From the NCBI GenBank assembly GCA_038279365.1, contig JAYODI010000038.1, forward strand, positions 1-48,500: a stretch of 48,500 nt of DNA. The letters run 5' to 3'. A model generated the notes under the pieces. That model saw only the letters and a program-made list of their open reading frames with translations, had not been told where the DNA came from and did no database searches. The number at the start of each line of letters is the position of its first letter. The first letter of the stretch is position 1. The stretch is from Candidatus Latescibacterota bacterium (GTDB lineage: Bacteria; Latescibacterota; UBA2968). Shown piece after piece: positions 29,877 to 39,728 of this stretch. Both the position numbers and the translations under genes were made by a program.

Positions 29877-31211
29877 ATGGATGAAGGAAGTCGTGAGTAT
29901 GTGATCAATGCAGCCAAAGAGCATGGTGTAAAATTCATTCGGCTTTGGTTTACTGATATTTTGGGTTTTTTGAAAAGTGTTGCTATTCCAACTGAGCAGC
30001 TGGATGAGGCTTTGGATGAAGGCATTGGATTTGATGGTTCTTCTGTAGAGGGTTTTGCGCGGTTTGATGAGAGTGATATGATAGCCATGCCTGATCCAAG
30101 CACATTTCAGGTGTTGCCATTTCGACCGCAAGAGCAGGGCACGGTGGCTCGGATGTTTTGTGATATCTTGGAGCCCAATGGTAAGCCCTACGTAGGGGAC
30201 CCGCGTTATGTTTTAAAACAAAACCTAAAACGTGCAGCTGATTTGGGGTTTGCATTTTATGTGAGCCCTGAGCTGGAATATTTTTACTTTGAAAAACCCG
30301 AAACACCCTTAGTGGGGTTGGATGAGGGGGGCTACTTTGATCAAACACCCTTAGATTTTGCCAGTGACTTACGGCGTGATACCGTGCTTACCTTGCAAAA
30401 GATGGGTATTGAGGTGGCTTCAAGTCATCACGAAGGTGCACCAAGCCAGCATGAGATTGATTTGCTTTATACCGATGCCCTCACAATGGCCGACAATGCG
30501 ATGACCTATCGGTTGGTGGTGAAAGAAATTGCGGTTAAACATGGTGTTTGGGCGTCGTTTATGCCCAAGCCTATTTTTGGTCAAAACGGCAATGGCATGC
30601 ACACGCATATGTCCCTGTTTCAGGGTGAGCGCAATGCATTTTATGATGCGCGAAATAAGTATCATTTGTCACCGATAGCTCGGCACTATATTGCTGGTTT
30701 GTTAAAGCATGCGCCCGAGATTACACTTGTCACCAATCAATGGGTTAATTCCTATAAACGACTGGTTCCTGGTTATGAAGCGCCAGTATACACAACTTGG
30801 GCAGCCGTAAACCGATCCGATTTGGTACGCGTACCATCGTATAAACCTGGAAAAGAGAGTACTATTAGGGTAGAATATCGTTCTCCGGATCCTGCATGTA
30901 ATCCTTATTTGGCGTTTTCTGTGATGTTGGCTGCAGGTTTAGAAGGGATTGAGAAAAAGTACAAAGTACCAAACCCAATGGAAGAAAATGTGGCAGAGAT
31001 GAGTGACGCGCAGCGTGAAAAGGCAGGCATTTGTATGTTGCCACAAGATTTGTCAAAAGCAATTGATTTTGCAGAAGGCAGTGCTTTGGTGCGCAAAGCG
31101 TTAGGCGATCATGTGTTTGAAAAGTTTATTGCAAATAAAAAGATTGAATGGGCCAATTATCGGGCACAAGTAACAGGATATGAGTTGAAGCAACATTTGA
31201 AAATTTTGTAG
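29877..31211 (+). CDS. glnA: Glutamine synthetase type I (GSI-alpha length)
   Basis: FDGSS, PELEYF, HHE..QHEI, FMPKP..NGNGMHTH, RLVPGYEAP, VEYRSPDPACNPYL; 444 aa. Confidence 0.95.
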   Translation: MDEGSREYVINAAKEHGVKFIRLWFTDILGFLKSVAIPTEQLDEALDEGIGFDGSSVEGFARFDESDMIAMPDPSTFQVLPFRPQEQGTVARMFCDILEPNGKPYVGDPRYVLKQNLKRAADLGFAFYVSPELEYFYFEKPETPLVGLDEGGYFDQTPLDFASDLRRDTVLTLQKMGIEVASSHHEGAPSQHEIDLLYTDALTMADNAMTYRLVVKEIAVKHGVWASFMPKPIFGQNGNGMHTHMSLFQGERNAFYDARNKYHLSPIARHYIAGLLKHAPEITLVTNQWVNSYKRLVPGYEAPVYTTWAAVNRSDLVRVPSYKPGKESTIRVEYRSPDPACNPYLAFSVMLAAGLEGIEKKYKVPNPMEENVAEMSDAQREKAGICMLPQDLSKAIDFAEGSALVRKALGDHVFEKFIANKKIEWANYRAQVTGYELKQHLKIL

Positions 31212-31252
31212 GTCACAAATGGCTTGATATCTTTAGATGGATTTTGTTTTTT

Positions 31253-31280
31253 AAGGGTGAACGTTTTGTTCACCCTTTTT
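31253..31280 (+). terminator. Intrinsic terminator after glnA
   Basis: AAGGGTGAAC-gtttt-GTTCACCCTT-TTT. Confidence 0.8.
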
Positions 31281-31294
31281 AAATGGTATATGTT

Positions 31295-31537
31295 ATGGCA
31301 AAAAAACGAAGACCTTGTCCGCGCGGATTATACGACGGTTGTCCCATCCCCCGTGAACTTTGTAGCGAAGATTTTGCGCGTACTGGGCAATGGCATTGCT
31401 TGAAGTTTTTAAGGGAGTTTGAATGGTTTGTGTTTGGATCTGATGTACATGAAACGCATGAGGCTGATGCCGAACAGGGTGAGAAAATTGTGTCTATGGA
31501 AGAATTGATGCGGGTATTAGAAGGGTGGGAAGAGTAG
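31295..31537 (+). CDS. Small hypothetical protein with 4 Cys and acidic C-terminus
   Basis: ORF fills the gap between two terminators; protein-like composition; no clear RBS; alternative start 31283. Confidence 0.5.
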   Translation: MAKKRRPCPRGLYDGCPIPRELCSEDFARTGQWHCLKFLREFEWFVFGSDVHETHEADAEQGEKIVSMEELMRVLEGWEE

Positions 31538-31555
31538 GCACTGGCAAGCACACAC

Positions 31556-31593
31556 AAAAAAAGCCCCAATGCATATTGCATTTGGGGCTTTTT
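31556..31593. terminator. Bidirectional intrinsic terminator
   Basis: A-run GCCCCAATGCA-tat-TGCATTTGGGGC T-run between convergent ORFs. Confidence 0.8.
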
Positions 31594-31623
31594 CATGCCT
31601 ACATGTTTGAATCTAAACGTGGT

Positions 31624-32784
31624 TTATGCACCTGGGCGTGATTCCACAGCCTTGTAGATGTCCAGAATCGGAACACCTTTTTCACGCGCTATGCGGGCAC
31701 AGTCGTCGTATTCGGGGGTGATGCGATCTTTGCCATTGACATGGGCAATTTTAACGCGAACGGGGCCAAACGGTGTTTCTACCATATCAGCTCTGCGGGG
31801 GAGCATGTGCCGCTGAACGGGGATGCGCCGAATGCCTAATGTGGTGGTTTCTGAGAAGATCAGATTTGTGAGCTCGTTTTCTTTGTGTGGGTCGGCCAAT
31901 ACGGTGAGTTGAATGCCTGGTCGCCCTTTTTTCATAATGACTGGGGTAAGGTAGGCATCGCGGGCACCGGCTTCGAGCAGGCGGTCAATGACATAGCCGT
32001 AGATTTCGGGGGTCATGTCGTCGATGTTGGTTTCAAGGAGAATGGGTGAATCGGTTTGTGAGTCGGTCACCAGTTCGCCAATTTCTACGCGCAGGAGGTT
32101 GGGCACTTGTTCGACATCGCGTGTACCTGCACCATATCCGGTCACTTCTGTTTTGAGCTGAATTTGCTTGCCAATACCGGAAGCGAGCGCAGTAAGAAGC
32201 GCAGCCCCTGTGGGGGTAACCAGTTCAAAGGGAATGTCGGTGCGCTCAGCAGGGTGTCCTTTGGTCATTTCTACCACTGCTGGAACGGGAACGGGCATTG
32301 CTCCATGAGCACCTCGGGTACGGCCTGTGCCGAAGCGAAACTTGGAAGCATAGACGGCTTCTACACCGAGCAATTCAAGACCGACAATAACCCCAACAAC
32401 GTCAACAATGGCATCAACTGCGCCCACTTCGTGGAAATGAACTTTATCTATGGTGGTGCCATGGACCTTTGCTTCGGCTTCGGCGAGTTTTCGGAAGACC
32501 TTGCGTGCACTTTCTTTGGCCGTGTCGGAGATGTTGCTGCTGTTGATAATATAGAGTACATCTATAAGATGTCGGTGTATATGGCCTTCTTGAGCATCCA
32601 CATCAACTTTGGTAGCGGCAATACCATGTTTTTCTACGCGTCGTTGTGAAATGGTGAATTCGTGAACCTTGAGCTTGTCTAATTCTGCTTTGAGCACATC
32701 AAGAGATAAACCGGCATCGACCAAGGCGCCAAGCGCCATATCGCCACTAATGCCTGCAAAACAATCGAAGTAAGCGACTTTCAT
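31624..32784 (-). CDS. larC: Nickel pincer cofactor biosynthesis protein LarC
   Basis: YFDCFAGISGDM, HFHEVGAVD, ELVTPTGAA, LETNIDD, MKKGRPG, ETTTLGIR, PEYDDC. Confidence 0.95.
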   Translation of the reverse strand: MKVAYFDCFAGISGDMALGALVDAGLSLDVLKAELDKLKVHEFTISQRRVEKHGIAATKVDVDAQEGHIHRHLIDVLYIINSSNISDTAKESARKVFRKLAEAEAKVHGTTIDKVHFHEVGAVDAIVDVVGVIVGLELLGVEAVYASKFRFGTGRTRGAHGAMPVPVPAVVEMTKGHPAERTDIPFELVTPTGAALLTALASGIGKQIQLKTEVTGYGAGTRDVEQVPNLLRVEIGELVTDSQTDSPILLETNIDDMTPEIYGYVIDRLLEAGARDAYLTPVIMKKGRPGIQLTVLADPHKENELTNLIFSETTTLGIRRIPVQRHMLPRRADMVETPFGPVRVKIAHVNGKDRITPEYDDCARIAREKGVPILDIYKAVESRPGA

Positions 32785-32803
32785 TGTGAAGCATTCCTTT
32801 TAT

Positions 32804-32836
32804 AAAAAAACCGTGAAAATGATGCGGTCACGGTTT
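32804..32836 (-). terminator. Terminator-like hairpin between Minf_1886-family gene and larC
   Basis: Minus strand AAACCGTGA-N11-TCACGGTTT followed by further Ts. Confidence 0.55.
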
Positions 32837-32889
32837 GAAATAACAGAAATATTAAAACCATCAAAATAAAAAACATTTTGGACGTGTGT

Positions 32890-33312
32890 TTATGTGTTTG
32901 ATAGCTGTTCGAGCACAATGGGTTTGAGTTTGCTTTGAATGCGTTTGGGATCGAAAATTTCATCAAAGGTATATACATCAGAAAAATCTGATAGATCATC
33001 TTCTTCGGTTTTTCGCATTAGGCCCGCATCGACAAGGGAAAAAACAATGCGCCCAAAATCAATGGTTTGGGTCATGCCCCAATGTTCGAGAACCGCACGT
33101 GCCAATGGGCCATATTGCTCGCGTGCGTAATCTGCAATGCCCCAAGCCAATTCTGGACCACTGACATGACGGCCTGATTCTGGTGCATGGACACGATTGA
33201 GTGCTCGCACAGTATAATCTAAGGCTGCAAAGATAAAGAGATAGGCCTCACGTTTATACTGGCCCTCTGTATCTGCCAATTTTTCGATTTTGATTAAAAA
33301 GTCTTCTTGCAT
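32890..33312 (-). CDS. Minf_1886-family conserved hypothetical protein
   Basis: YKREAYLF, RHVSGPEL, YGPLARAVLEHWG, DFGRIVFSLV, DFSDVYTFDE; family recalled from memory. Confidence 0.75.
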   Translation of the reverse strand: MQEDFLIKIEKLADTEGQYKREAYLFIFAALDYTVRALNRVHAPESGRHVSGPELAWGIADYAREQYGPLARAVLEHWGMTQTIDFGRIVFSLVDAGLMRKTEEDDLSDFSDVYTFDEIFDPKRIQSKLKPIVLEQLSNT

Positions 33313-33384
33313 GGCTCACTTTACGCAAGTGAAGGGGAGACTTGCCATTTAAAAACAGTATTGTGAATATATATGGGAAACGCG

Positions 33385-34794
33385 TTATTCTTCTGTTGTT
33401 GCTGACGTGCGGTTTTGAATAAGCGCAGTGACAATGGTGCCACTGTTGCGATTGAGCAAAGACAACATTTGGTCGCGCGTTTGTTGAAAGTCTGTGGCAT
33501 ATTCGGGTGGTAATGGCTTGCCTGTTGGACGGTTGTTGTCTGAGCTGGGTTTTACCAATGTATATTTGCCATTTACTGTGGCATAAAAGTTAAAATGTAA
33601 ATGAGGGCCCGTTGCCCTCCCTGTGGCACCTACATAACCAATGGTTTGTTTTTGCTTTACTTTTTGCCCTTGGCGCAAGCCACGTGGGAATTTGCTTAAG
33701 TGGCCATAACCCGTTTTGTAACCGTTTTTGTGTTTGATTTCAACATAATTGCCCAAGGCACCTTTGGGCCCCACGAATGAAACGGTTCCATCGGCAATGG
33801 CCCAAACCGTGGTGCCGTGTGGTGCGGCATAATCTATGCCGTGGTGAGGGATATACTTTTTGAGGATGGGGTGGAAGCGACGTTTGTTATAACCTGAACT
33901 GATGCGGGTAAAGTTGAGTGGTTTTCTTAAGAAGAGACCCTGTAAAGAGCCACCGTTTGAATCGTAATAATCTTCTTTGTCATCGGCTGGTGTATAGAGA
34001 AAAGCTTGGTAGGTGGTATCGTTTTTTGCACTGGTATATTGCGCGGCTAAAATTTCACCATATCTGACAAAATTGCCTGTTTCGTTGTAAAGTTTTTCAA
34101 TTGCAAACGCAAAGTGATCATCTGGGTAACAATCGTTGTCGACATCGATGTAAGCTTCAAAAATATATTCTAATTTATATATGAGTAAGGGGCTTTCATC
34201 GGTTTGTACGAGCGCATTCCAAATCGAATCATTGATGCGTTCTGAAATGACCACGACTTCGCGGTGAAGCGGAGTTTCTTCTTTCCACGCTTTAAGGTTA
34301 TCACCTGTTCGTTCTGCAAGAAAACGGCGTTCGAGGTCGCCGCGTTTGATATATTCAAATTTGTGTATGGCGCCCAATGTGTCTAAGGTGATTGTATATC
34401 GATCACCACTTTGCACCAAATTGGGATTGAATTCGGCACGTGGGATATTTTTGCGAAGGGCTGGAACCAATTCAAAAATTTGTTGGCGAGAAATGCCTTC
34501 TCGAATGAGGGCTTCTGAGAAATTTTCACCGCGTTGAATGCGACCTTCTATTTCTGTCCATTGTGATTGAGGCTCGGGCTCAACATTGGGAGGTGCAGGC
34601 AAAATGAGTTCGATTTCAAGGGAGTCGGCCGGTGCCATTGCTTGCGTAGATTCTTCGGGGGTTTCTTCGGAATCGGAACCAGTGTTCAACCCAAAAAGTG
34701 CGCCAACACCAAGCAACAAACAGAGAAACACCCAATGGCGTTGTTTGCGCGGTTCGGTAGGAGATGGACGGCTTGTATAATCGTAAATGGGCAT
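33385..34794 (-). CDS. M23-family peptidoglycan DD-endopeptidase (MepM-like)
   Basis: N-terminal TM; RISSGY..RFHPIL, HHGIDYAAP, YGHL, ATGPHLHF. Confidence 0.92.
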   Translation of the reverse strand: MPIYDYTSRPSPTEPRKQRHWVFLCLLLGVGALFGLNTGSDSEETPEESTQAMAPADSLEIELILPAPPNVEPEPQSQWTEIEGRIQRGENFSEALIREGISRQQIFELVPALRKNIPRAEFNPNLVQSGDRYTITLDTLGAIHKFEYIKRGDLERRFLAERTGDNLKAWKEETPLHREVVVISERINDSIWNALVQTDESPLLIYKLEYIFEAYIDVDNDCYPDDHFAFAIEKLYNETGNFVRYGEILAAQYTSAKNDTTYQAFLYTPADDKEDYYDSNGGSLQGLFLRKPLNFTRISSGYNKRRFHPILKKYIPHHGIDYAAPHGTTVWAIADGTVSFVGPKGALGNYVEIKHKNGYKTGYGHLSKFPRGLRQGQKVKQKQTIGYVGATGRATGPHLHFNFYATVNGKYTLVKPSSDNNRPTGKPLPPEYATDFQQTRDQMLSLLNRNSGTIVTALIQNRTSATTEE

Positions 34795-34876
34795 AGGAAC
34801 TCATGCGGCAAAAGGGGCGCTGGTAGGCGCCCCGTAATTTTGCGTAAATCATTGTTCTTTATTGAATACCGACCAA

Positions 34877-34905
34877 ATTATAAACCAAAACTCATGGGCT
34901 GTCAA
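34877..34905 (-). promoter_or_regulatory. Consensus sigma70 promoter for M23 peptidase
   Basis: Minus strand TTGACA-N17-TATAAT, exact consensus. Confidence 0.8.
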
Positions 34906-35026
34906 TAGCATTTTTGACCTTGCCAAGAATTGAGCACTTGGTTAATGTAGATAAATCATATAGATATGCACCGTGGGTGTGGTGATAGCATGAGATTGTT
35001 GTATTGTTTTTGGGAATGAGGCGACA

Positions 35027-36079
35027 ATGGTTGGTGATAAAAAAGAGCTTAAAGGGTTATTTCCTAGTGAATTAGGAGTGTTTTTGAAAGAGATGGGATT
35101 GGCAGAGTATCGCACCCGGCAAGTGGTTGATTGGCTCTATAACAAAGGTGTTACAAAATTTGAAGATATGACCAACTTGTCGAAAGATATGCGGCAGAAG
35201 TTGGATGATCATTTTACGATTTTGGATTTGAGCGTAGTTGGTGAGGTCAAAACAGCTTCTGAAGACACTGTTAAATTTCTATTTGCATTGCCAGATGGGC
35301 GTCGCATAGAGAGCGTTTTGATGTGGGAAGGTAAACGGCGTACGTTGTGTGTCTCTTCTCAGGTTGGATGTCCATTGGATTGTCAGTTTTGTGCAACGGG
35401 TAAGATGGGTTTGATTCGCAATTTAAGCGCTGCCGAAATTGTTGATCAGGTTTTGTATGCCCAACGTTTTTTACGTGCCCGTGGAGAAGAGCTCACCAAT
35501 GTTGTGATGATGGGCATGGGGGAACCTTTGTTGAACTTTGAGCAAGTGCTTCGCGCGATTCGGTTGATGAATTTAGATCATGGGGCTGCCATTGGGATTC
35601 GTCGTATTACGCTGTCAACGGCAGGCCATGTGCCGGGTATTCAAAGATTGTCTCAAGAGAAAATGAAAATTGGGTTGGCTGTTTCGCTTAATGGTACAAC
35701 AGATGAGCAGCGCACACAAATTATGCCCATCAACAAAAAATGGCCCATTGAGATATTGTTGGCGGCTGTTAAGGATTATCAAGCCTTTATCCATCGTCGG
35801 GTCACATTTGAATATGTGTTGTTACATGGCATAAATGATTCTGTGGATGATGCGCATCGCTTGGTGGAATTGGTGCGTGATATCTCATGTAAAATCAATG
35901 TGATCCCTTGGAACCCTATTGAGGGTGGTGCCTATGAAAGGCCCTCTCAAAAAGCCATTGATCGCTTTGTTAAGGTTTTGACAGATGCCCAGTTGACGGC
36001 TCCTGTGCGCTACAGCAAAGGTGACGACATTGGCGCAGGGTGTGGACAGTTGTATCAGGAATTGCAGACGGTGGCCTGA
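35027..36079 (+). CDS. rlmN: 23S rRNA A2503 C2-methyltransferase (radical SAM)
   Basis: CVSSQVGCPLDCQFCATG, MGMGEPL, TFEYVL, DIGAGCGQL. Confidence 0.96.
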   Translation: MVGDKKELKGLFPSELGVFLKEMGLAEYRTRQVVDWLYNKGVTKFEDMTNLSKDMRQKLDDHFTILDLSVVGEVKTASEDTVKFLFALPDGRRIESVLMWEGKRRTLCVSSQVGCPLDCQFCATGKMGLIRNLSAAEIVDQVLYAQRFLRARGEELTNVVMMGMGEPLLNFEQVLRAIRLMNLDHGAAIGIRRITLSTAGHVPGIQRLSQEKMKIGLAVSLNGTTDEQRTQIMPINKKWPIEILLAAVKDYQAFIHRRVTFEYVLLHGINDSVDDAHRLVELVRDISCKINVIPWNPIEGGAYERPSQKAIDRFVKVLTDAQLTAPVRYSKGDDIGAGCGQLYQELQTVA

Positions 36080-36276
36080 TGGTGTTTTAAGATTCACTCT
36101 TGAATTTTTTCCAAAGAGGTGTTATAGTTGAACTTACCACGAATGATCATGGTTTATGGCGTGTTTTAATTTTTAAAAATGATTTTTTAAGCAAATTCCC
36201 CAAATTTGCTGGTATGATTCTCGCCTGATTCTGTGATCGACGCTCCCTGTTTTTGCGTCAAAAGGGATTTGATTTT

Positions 36277-37566
36277 ATGGAACAGTTTGTTATTGAAGGT
36301 GGGCAAAAATTGTCGGGCACGGTTGTGCCAGCAGGGAATAAGAATGCTGCTCAGCCACTTTTGGCGGCCACATTGTTAACCGATGAGCCAGTGGTCATCA
36401 AGAATGTGCCACAAATAGGTGATATTGCTTGTTTTATTGAGATTTTGCGCGATTTGGGTGTTTCGGTTGACGAGACGGGTTCGCACGAATTAACGGTGTG
36501 TGCGGCAGGTTTGAATAAAACGTCTTTGCGCACAGAGCTGTGTCGCAAAGTGCGGGGTAGCTTTATGTTTGCTGGGCCTTTATTGGCCCGACATGGTGAG
36601 GCGGTAATTCCGCGACCTGGTGGAGATCGCATTGGTCGGCGTCGCGTGGATACACACTTGATCGCATTGAGTAGTTTGGGTGCCGATATACACACCAATC
36701 ACATTTACGGTTTTAAAGCCCCTCAAGGGCTTAAAGGTGCCGATATATTTTTAGATGAACGCAGTGTAACTGGCACGGAAAATGCCGTGATGGCGGCAGC
36801 CTTAGCAAAGGGGAAGACCATTTTACGCAATGTGGCCTCTGAGCCTCATGTGCAAGAATTGTGTCATTTGATTAACCAGATGGGTGGGCAGATCTCGGGT
36901 ATTGGTACCAATGAACTGACAATTGAAGGTGTGGATCGTTTGGGCGGTGCAACGCACACCATTGGGCCAGATTATATGGAGGTTGGCAGTTTTATTGGAC
37001 TTGCGGGGGCCACAAACAGTGCGATTCGCATCAAAGATGCGGCGCCAGAGAATATGCGCAAGAGTTTGATGGTGTTTCGACGATTGGGGTTAGAAGTTAA
37101 AATTGATGGCAATGATTTGGTCGTGCCCGAATATCAAAAACTTGAAATTTTGCCTGATGTGGGCGATGCCATACCCCGCATAGACAACGATCCTTGGCCA
37201 GGTTTTCCGCCAGATTTGATGAGCATTGCCATTGTTTTGGCCACACAAGCACGTGGCACCGTTTTGTTTTTTGAAAAAATGTTTGAACAACGGATGTATT
37301 GGCTTGACCGATTGATTGATATGGGCGCTAAGATTATCATTTGTGACCCACATCGGGCGGTGGTGGTTGGGCCTTGTAAGCTTTATGGTGAGCATTTAAC
37401 GAGCCCAGACATCCGTGCAGGCATGGCGCTTATAATTGCCGCGCTTTGTGCCGATGGTCAAAGTGTGATCAGCAATATTGAACAAATTGATCGTGGTTAT
37501 GAAAATATAGACGTTCGGTTGCGATCTTTGGGGGCTCAAATTGATCGTGTGGTAGTGGAGGATTGA
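36277..37566 (+). CDS. murA: UDP-N-acetylglucosamine 1-carboxyvinyltransferase (Asp-type active site)
   Basis: [41 protein letters not shown]. Start placed at MEQF. Confidence 0.96.
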   Translation: MEQFVIEGGQKLSGTVVPAGNKNAAQPLLAATLLTDEPVVIKNVPQIGDIACFIEILRDLGVSVDETGSHELTVCAAGLNKTSLRTELCRKVRGSFMFAGPLLARHGEAVIPRPGGDRIGRRRVDTHLIALSSLGADIHTNHIYGFKAPQGLKGADIFLDERSVTGTENAVMAAALAKGKTILRNVASEPHVQELCHLINQMGGQISGIGTNELTIEGVDRLGGATHTIGPDYMEVGSFIGLAGATNSAIRIKDAAPENMRKSLMVFRRLGLEVKIDGNDLVVPEYQKLEILPDVGDAIPRIDNDPWPGFPPDLMSIAIVLATQARGTVLFFEKMFEQRMYWLDRLIDMGAKIIICDPHRAVVVGPCKLYGEHLTSPDIRAGMALIIAALCADGQSVISNIEQIDRGYENIDVRLRSLGAQIDRVVVED

Positions 37567-37626
37567 TCCTTTGCAAATGATGTGGCTGGCCTGTTGTTGG
37601 TCATTTGGTTTTGAGGTCGTCTCGAT

Positions 37627-38949
37627 GTGAAGATTTTGGACAATGCCCGTCAGGGTGCTTTAGAGATTGTACGCACATTGCAAGCTCGTGGGTTTCGTGC
37701 TTTATGGGCGGGTGGGTGTGTACGCGATATGCTTTTGGGTGTTGTTCCAAAAGACTATGATATTGCAACAAATGCCGATCTCCAAGAGGTGATCGGCATT
37801 TTTCCAAATGCGCGAGAGGTTGGGGCACATTTTGGTGTGGTGGTGGTTACAAGGGGTGAATGTGTGTATGAGGTGGCGCGTTTTAGGCGTGATGTAGGTT
37901 ATTCGGATGGGCGACACCCTGATCGGGTGGTTTTTACCGATGAAGTAGAAGATGCGCAACGCCGAGATTTTACCATTAATGGTATGTTTTATGACCCCAT
38001 TGCCGAGCAAGTGCTGGATTATGTGGGGGGGCAGACGGATTTAAAACGCCAAGTGATTCGCGCCATAGGTGACCCTTACGCCCGTTTTGCTGATGATCGG
38101 TTGCGTTTGTTGCGGGCCATTCGGTTTGGATGTCGATACCACTGGTCTGTTGATGAGGCAACACAACGGGCTATTTGCGAGAAGAGCAATGGTATTTTGG
38201 CGGTAAGTTGGGAGCGTATTCGAGATGAATTGGGAAAAATTCTGACGGAAGGTGGTGCCCCTCTTGGGGTGCGCTGGTTGATCGATTGGGGGGTGATGGC
38301 ACAAATAATGCCTGAAGTTTTGGAGATGAATGGTGTGCCTCAACCGCCAGAATATCACCCAGAAGGTGATGTTTTAACACACACCTTGATTATGTTGGGT
38401 TTGTTGGAGAAGCCCTCGGTTGAATTGGCAATGGGCGTTTTGTTACATGATATTGGCAAACCCCGTACGTTTGAGGTGTTGGATCGCATTCGTTTTAACA
38501 ATCATACAGCAGTTGGGGCAAAAATAGCAGAAGATGTTTGCCGTCGGTTGCGATTTTCAAATGAGCAAATTGAGCATATTGTTTCGTTGGTTCTAGATCA
38601 TCATCGGTTTATGCACGTGCGTGAGATGCGCAGAAGTAAATTGGTGCGATTTTTGAGAGATCCCTATTTTAATGACCATCTGGCTCTGCATCGCATGGAT
38701 TGTTTGGCTTGTCATGGTATGTTGGACAACTATTTTTTTTGCAAAAATGAGCTGGCAGGTTTAGAACCCGAGCGATTGCGACCGATTCCCTTGATTAATG
38801 GGCACGATCTTATTACTTTGGGGTATAAACCAGGACCTTTTTTTAAACAGGTTTTGGCTGCCATTGAAGATGCGCAAATAGAAGAAACCATTCAAAACAA
38901 AGATGAAGCACTTACTATGGCCAAGCATTTGTTCGATGAAACTGTATAG
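37627..38949 (+). CDS. cca: Class II tRNA nucleotidyltransferase with HD domain
   Basis: GGCVRD, DYDIAT, EDAQRRDFTIN, DRLRLLRAIRF, SWERIRDE, HPEGDV..HT, LLHDIGK; poly(A) polymerase GRRF signature absent (VGAHF). Confidence 0.85.
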   Translation: MKILDNARQGALEIVRTLQARGFRALWAGGCVRDMLLGVVPKDYDIATNADLQEVIGIFPNAREVGAHFGVVVVTRGECVYEVARFRRDVGYSDGRHPDRVVFTDEVEDAQRRDFTINGMFYDPIAEQVLDYVGGQTDLKRQVIRAIGDPYARFADDRLRLLRAIRFGCRYHWSVDEATQRAICEKSNGILAVSWERIRDELGKILTEGGAPLGVRWLIDWGVMAQIMPEVLEMNGVPQPPEYHPEGDVLTHTLIMLGLLEKPSVELAMGVLLHDIGKPRTFEVLDRIRFNNHTAVGAKIAEDVCRRLRFSNEQIEHIVSLVLDHHRFMHVREMRRSKLVRFLRDPYFNDHLALHRMDCLACHGMLDNYFFCKNELAGLEPERLRPIPLINGHDLITLGYKPGPFFKQVLAAIEDAQIEETIQNKDEALTMAKHLFDETV

Positions 38950-39033
38950 ATTATGATCTCGTTGTCGATATAATTAAAGATTGTTTTCTGTGTTTTGGTT
39001 TTGTGTCCACCGATTTTCTCCAAGAGGCAGAGT

Positions 39034-39621
39034 ATGGCTGATGAAGATATGATGGAAATGGATGAATTGGGAGAAGATGAAGGGGATGCCGGCGGCGGTG
39101 GCGGTGGCAACCCGATCCTCAAATATCTTCCCCTGATTGGCATTGTATTGGTTGTGCAGGTCGTGATTATTTATTTCGCAGTGCAATGGTTTATGCCTGA
39201 TGATATGCCCGATGATTCAATGGATGCAGCGGCAACAGAGCAGGTTGAAGTGGTTGAGGCCTCAGAGGAAAGTCCTAAGGGTGAAGGTGGTTTTGTACCT
39301 CCTAAAACAACGGTATTGACCATTTTTGACAAACTTGAAACCATTGTGGTTAACCCTGCAGGGACGGATGGTTTGCGATTTTTGAGTACGCAAGTATTTT
39401 TGGGCTTATCCGACTTAAAAGTTGAGGAATATATAACGACAAATCACTTGGTACCTCGCATTAATGATACGTTGGTGGCTGTTTTTTCGAGTAAGACCAT
39501 TTCAGATTTAGATCCTTCTCGTCATACAAAGCTAAAAGAAGAGATCCGAAAACGCCTGAATCAATTTTTAGGTGAAAATGCGGTTTTGGAAGTTTATTTT
39601 CAAAGTTTTGTTTTACAGTAG
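39034..39621 (+). CDS. fliL: FliL-family protein
   Basis: Single TM helix, then IVVNPAG...RFL, PRINDTL...SKT..DL, LKEEIRKRLN...VYFQSFVLQ. Confidence 0.85.
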   Translation: MADEDMMEMDELGEDEGDAGGGGGGNPILKYLPLIGIVLVVQVVIIYFAVQWFMPDDMPDDSMDAAATEQVEVVEASEESPKGEGGFVPPKTTVLTIFDKLETIVVNPAGTDGLRFLSTQVFLGLSDLKVEEYITTNHLVPRINDTLVAVFSSKTISDLDPSRHTKLKEEIRKRLNQFLGENAVLEVYFQSFVLQ

Positions 39622-39670
39622 GAACTTTTACCACTGCGGTGCGTATAAATGTTAACGACTCGGAAACGTT

Positions 39671-39716
39671 ACAGCGGTCAAGAAGGAGCAAAAACTTCTT
39701 CTGACCGCTGTTTTTC
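39671..39716 (+). terminator. Intrinsic terminator
   Basis: ACAGCGGTCA-AGAAG...CTTCT..TGACCGCTGT followed by Ts. Confidence 0.65.
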
Positions 39717-39728
39717 TATCCACTTAGC

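Noticed and set aside
37627..38949. Poly(A) polymerase call
   Set aside because: The PAP signature G(R/K)(R/K)F is absent; HD domain and EDxxR favour a tRNA nucleotidyltransferase. CCA- versus A-adding is unresolved.
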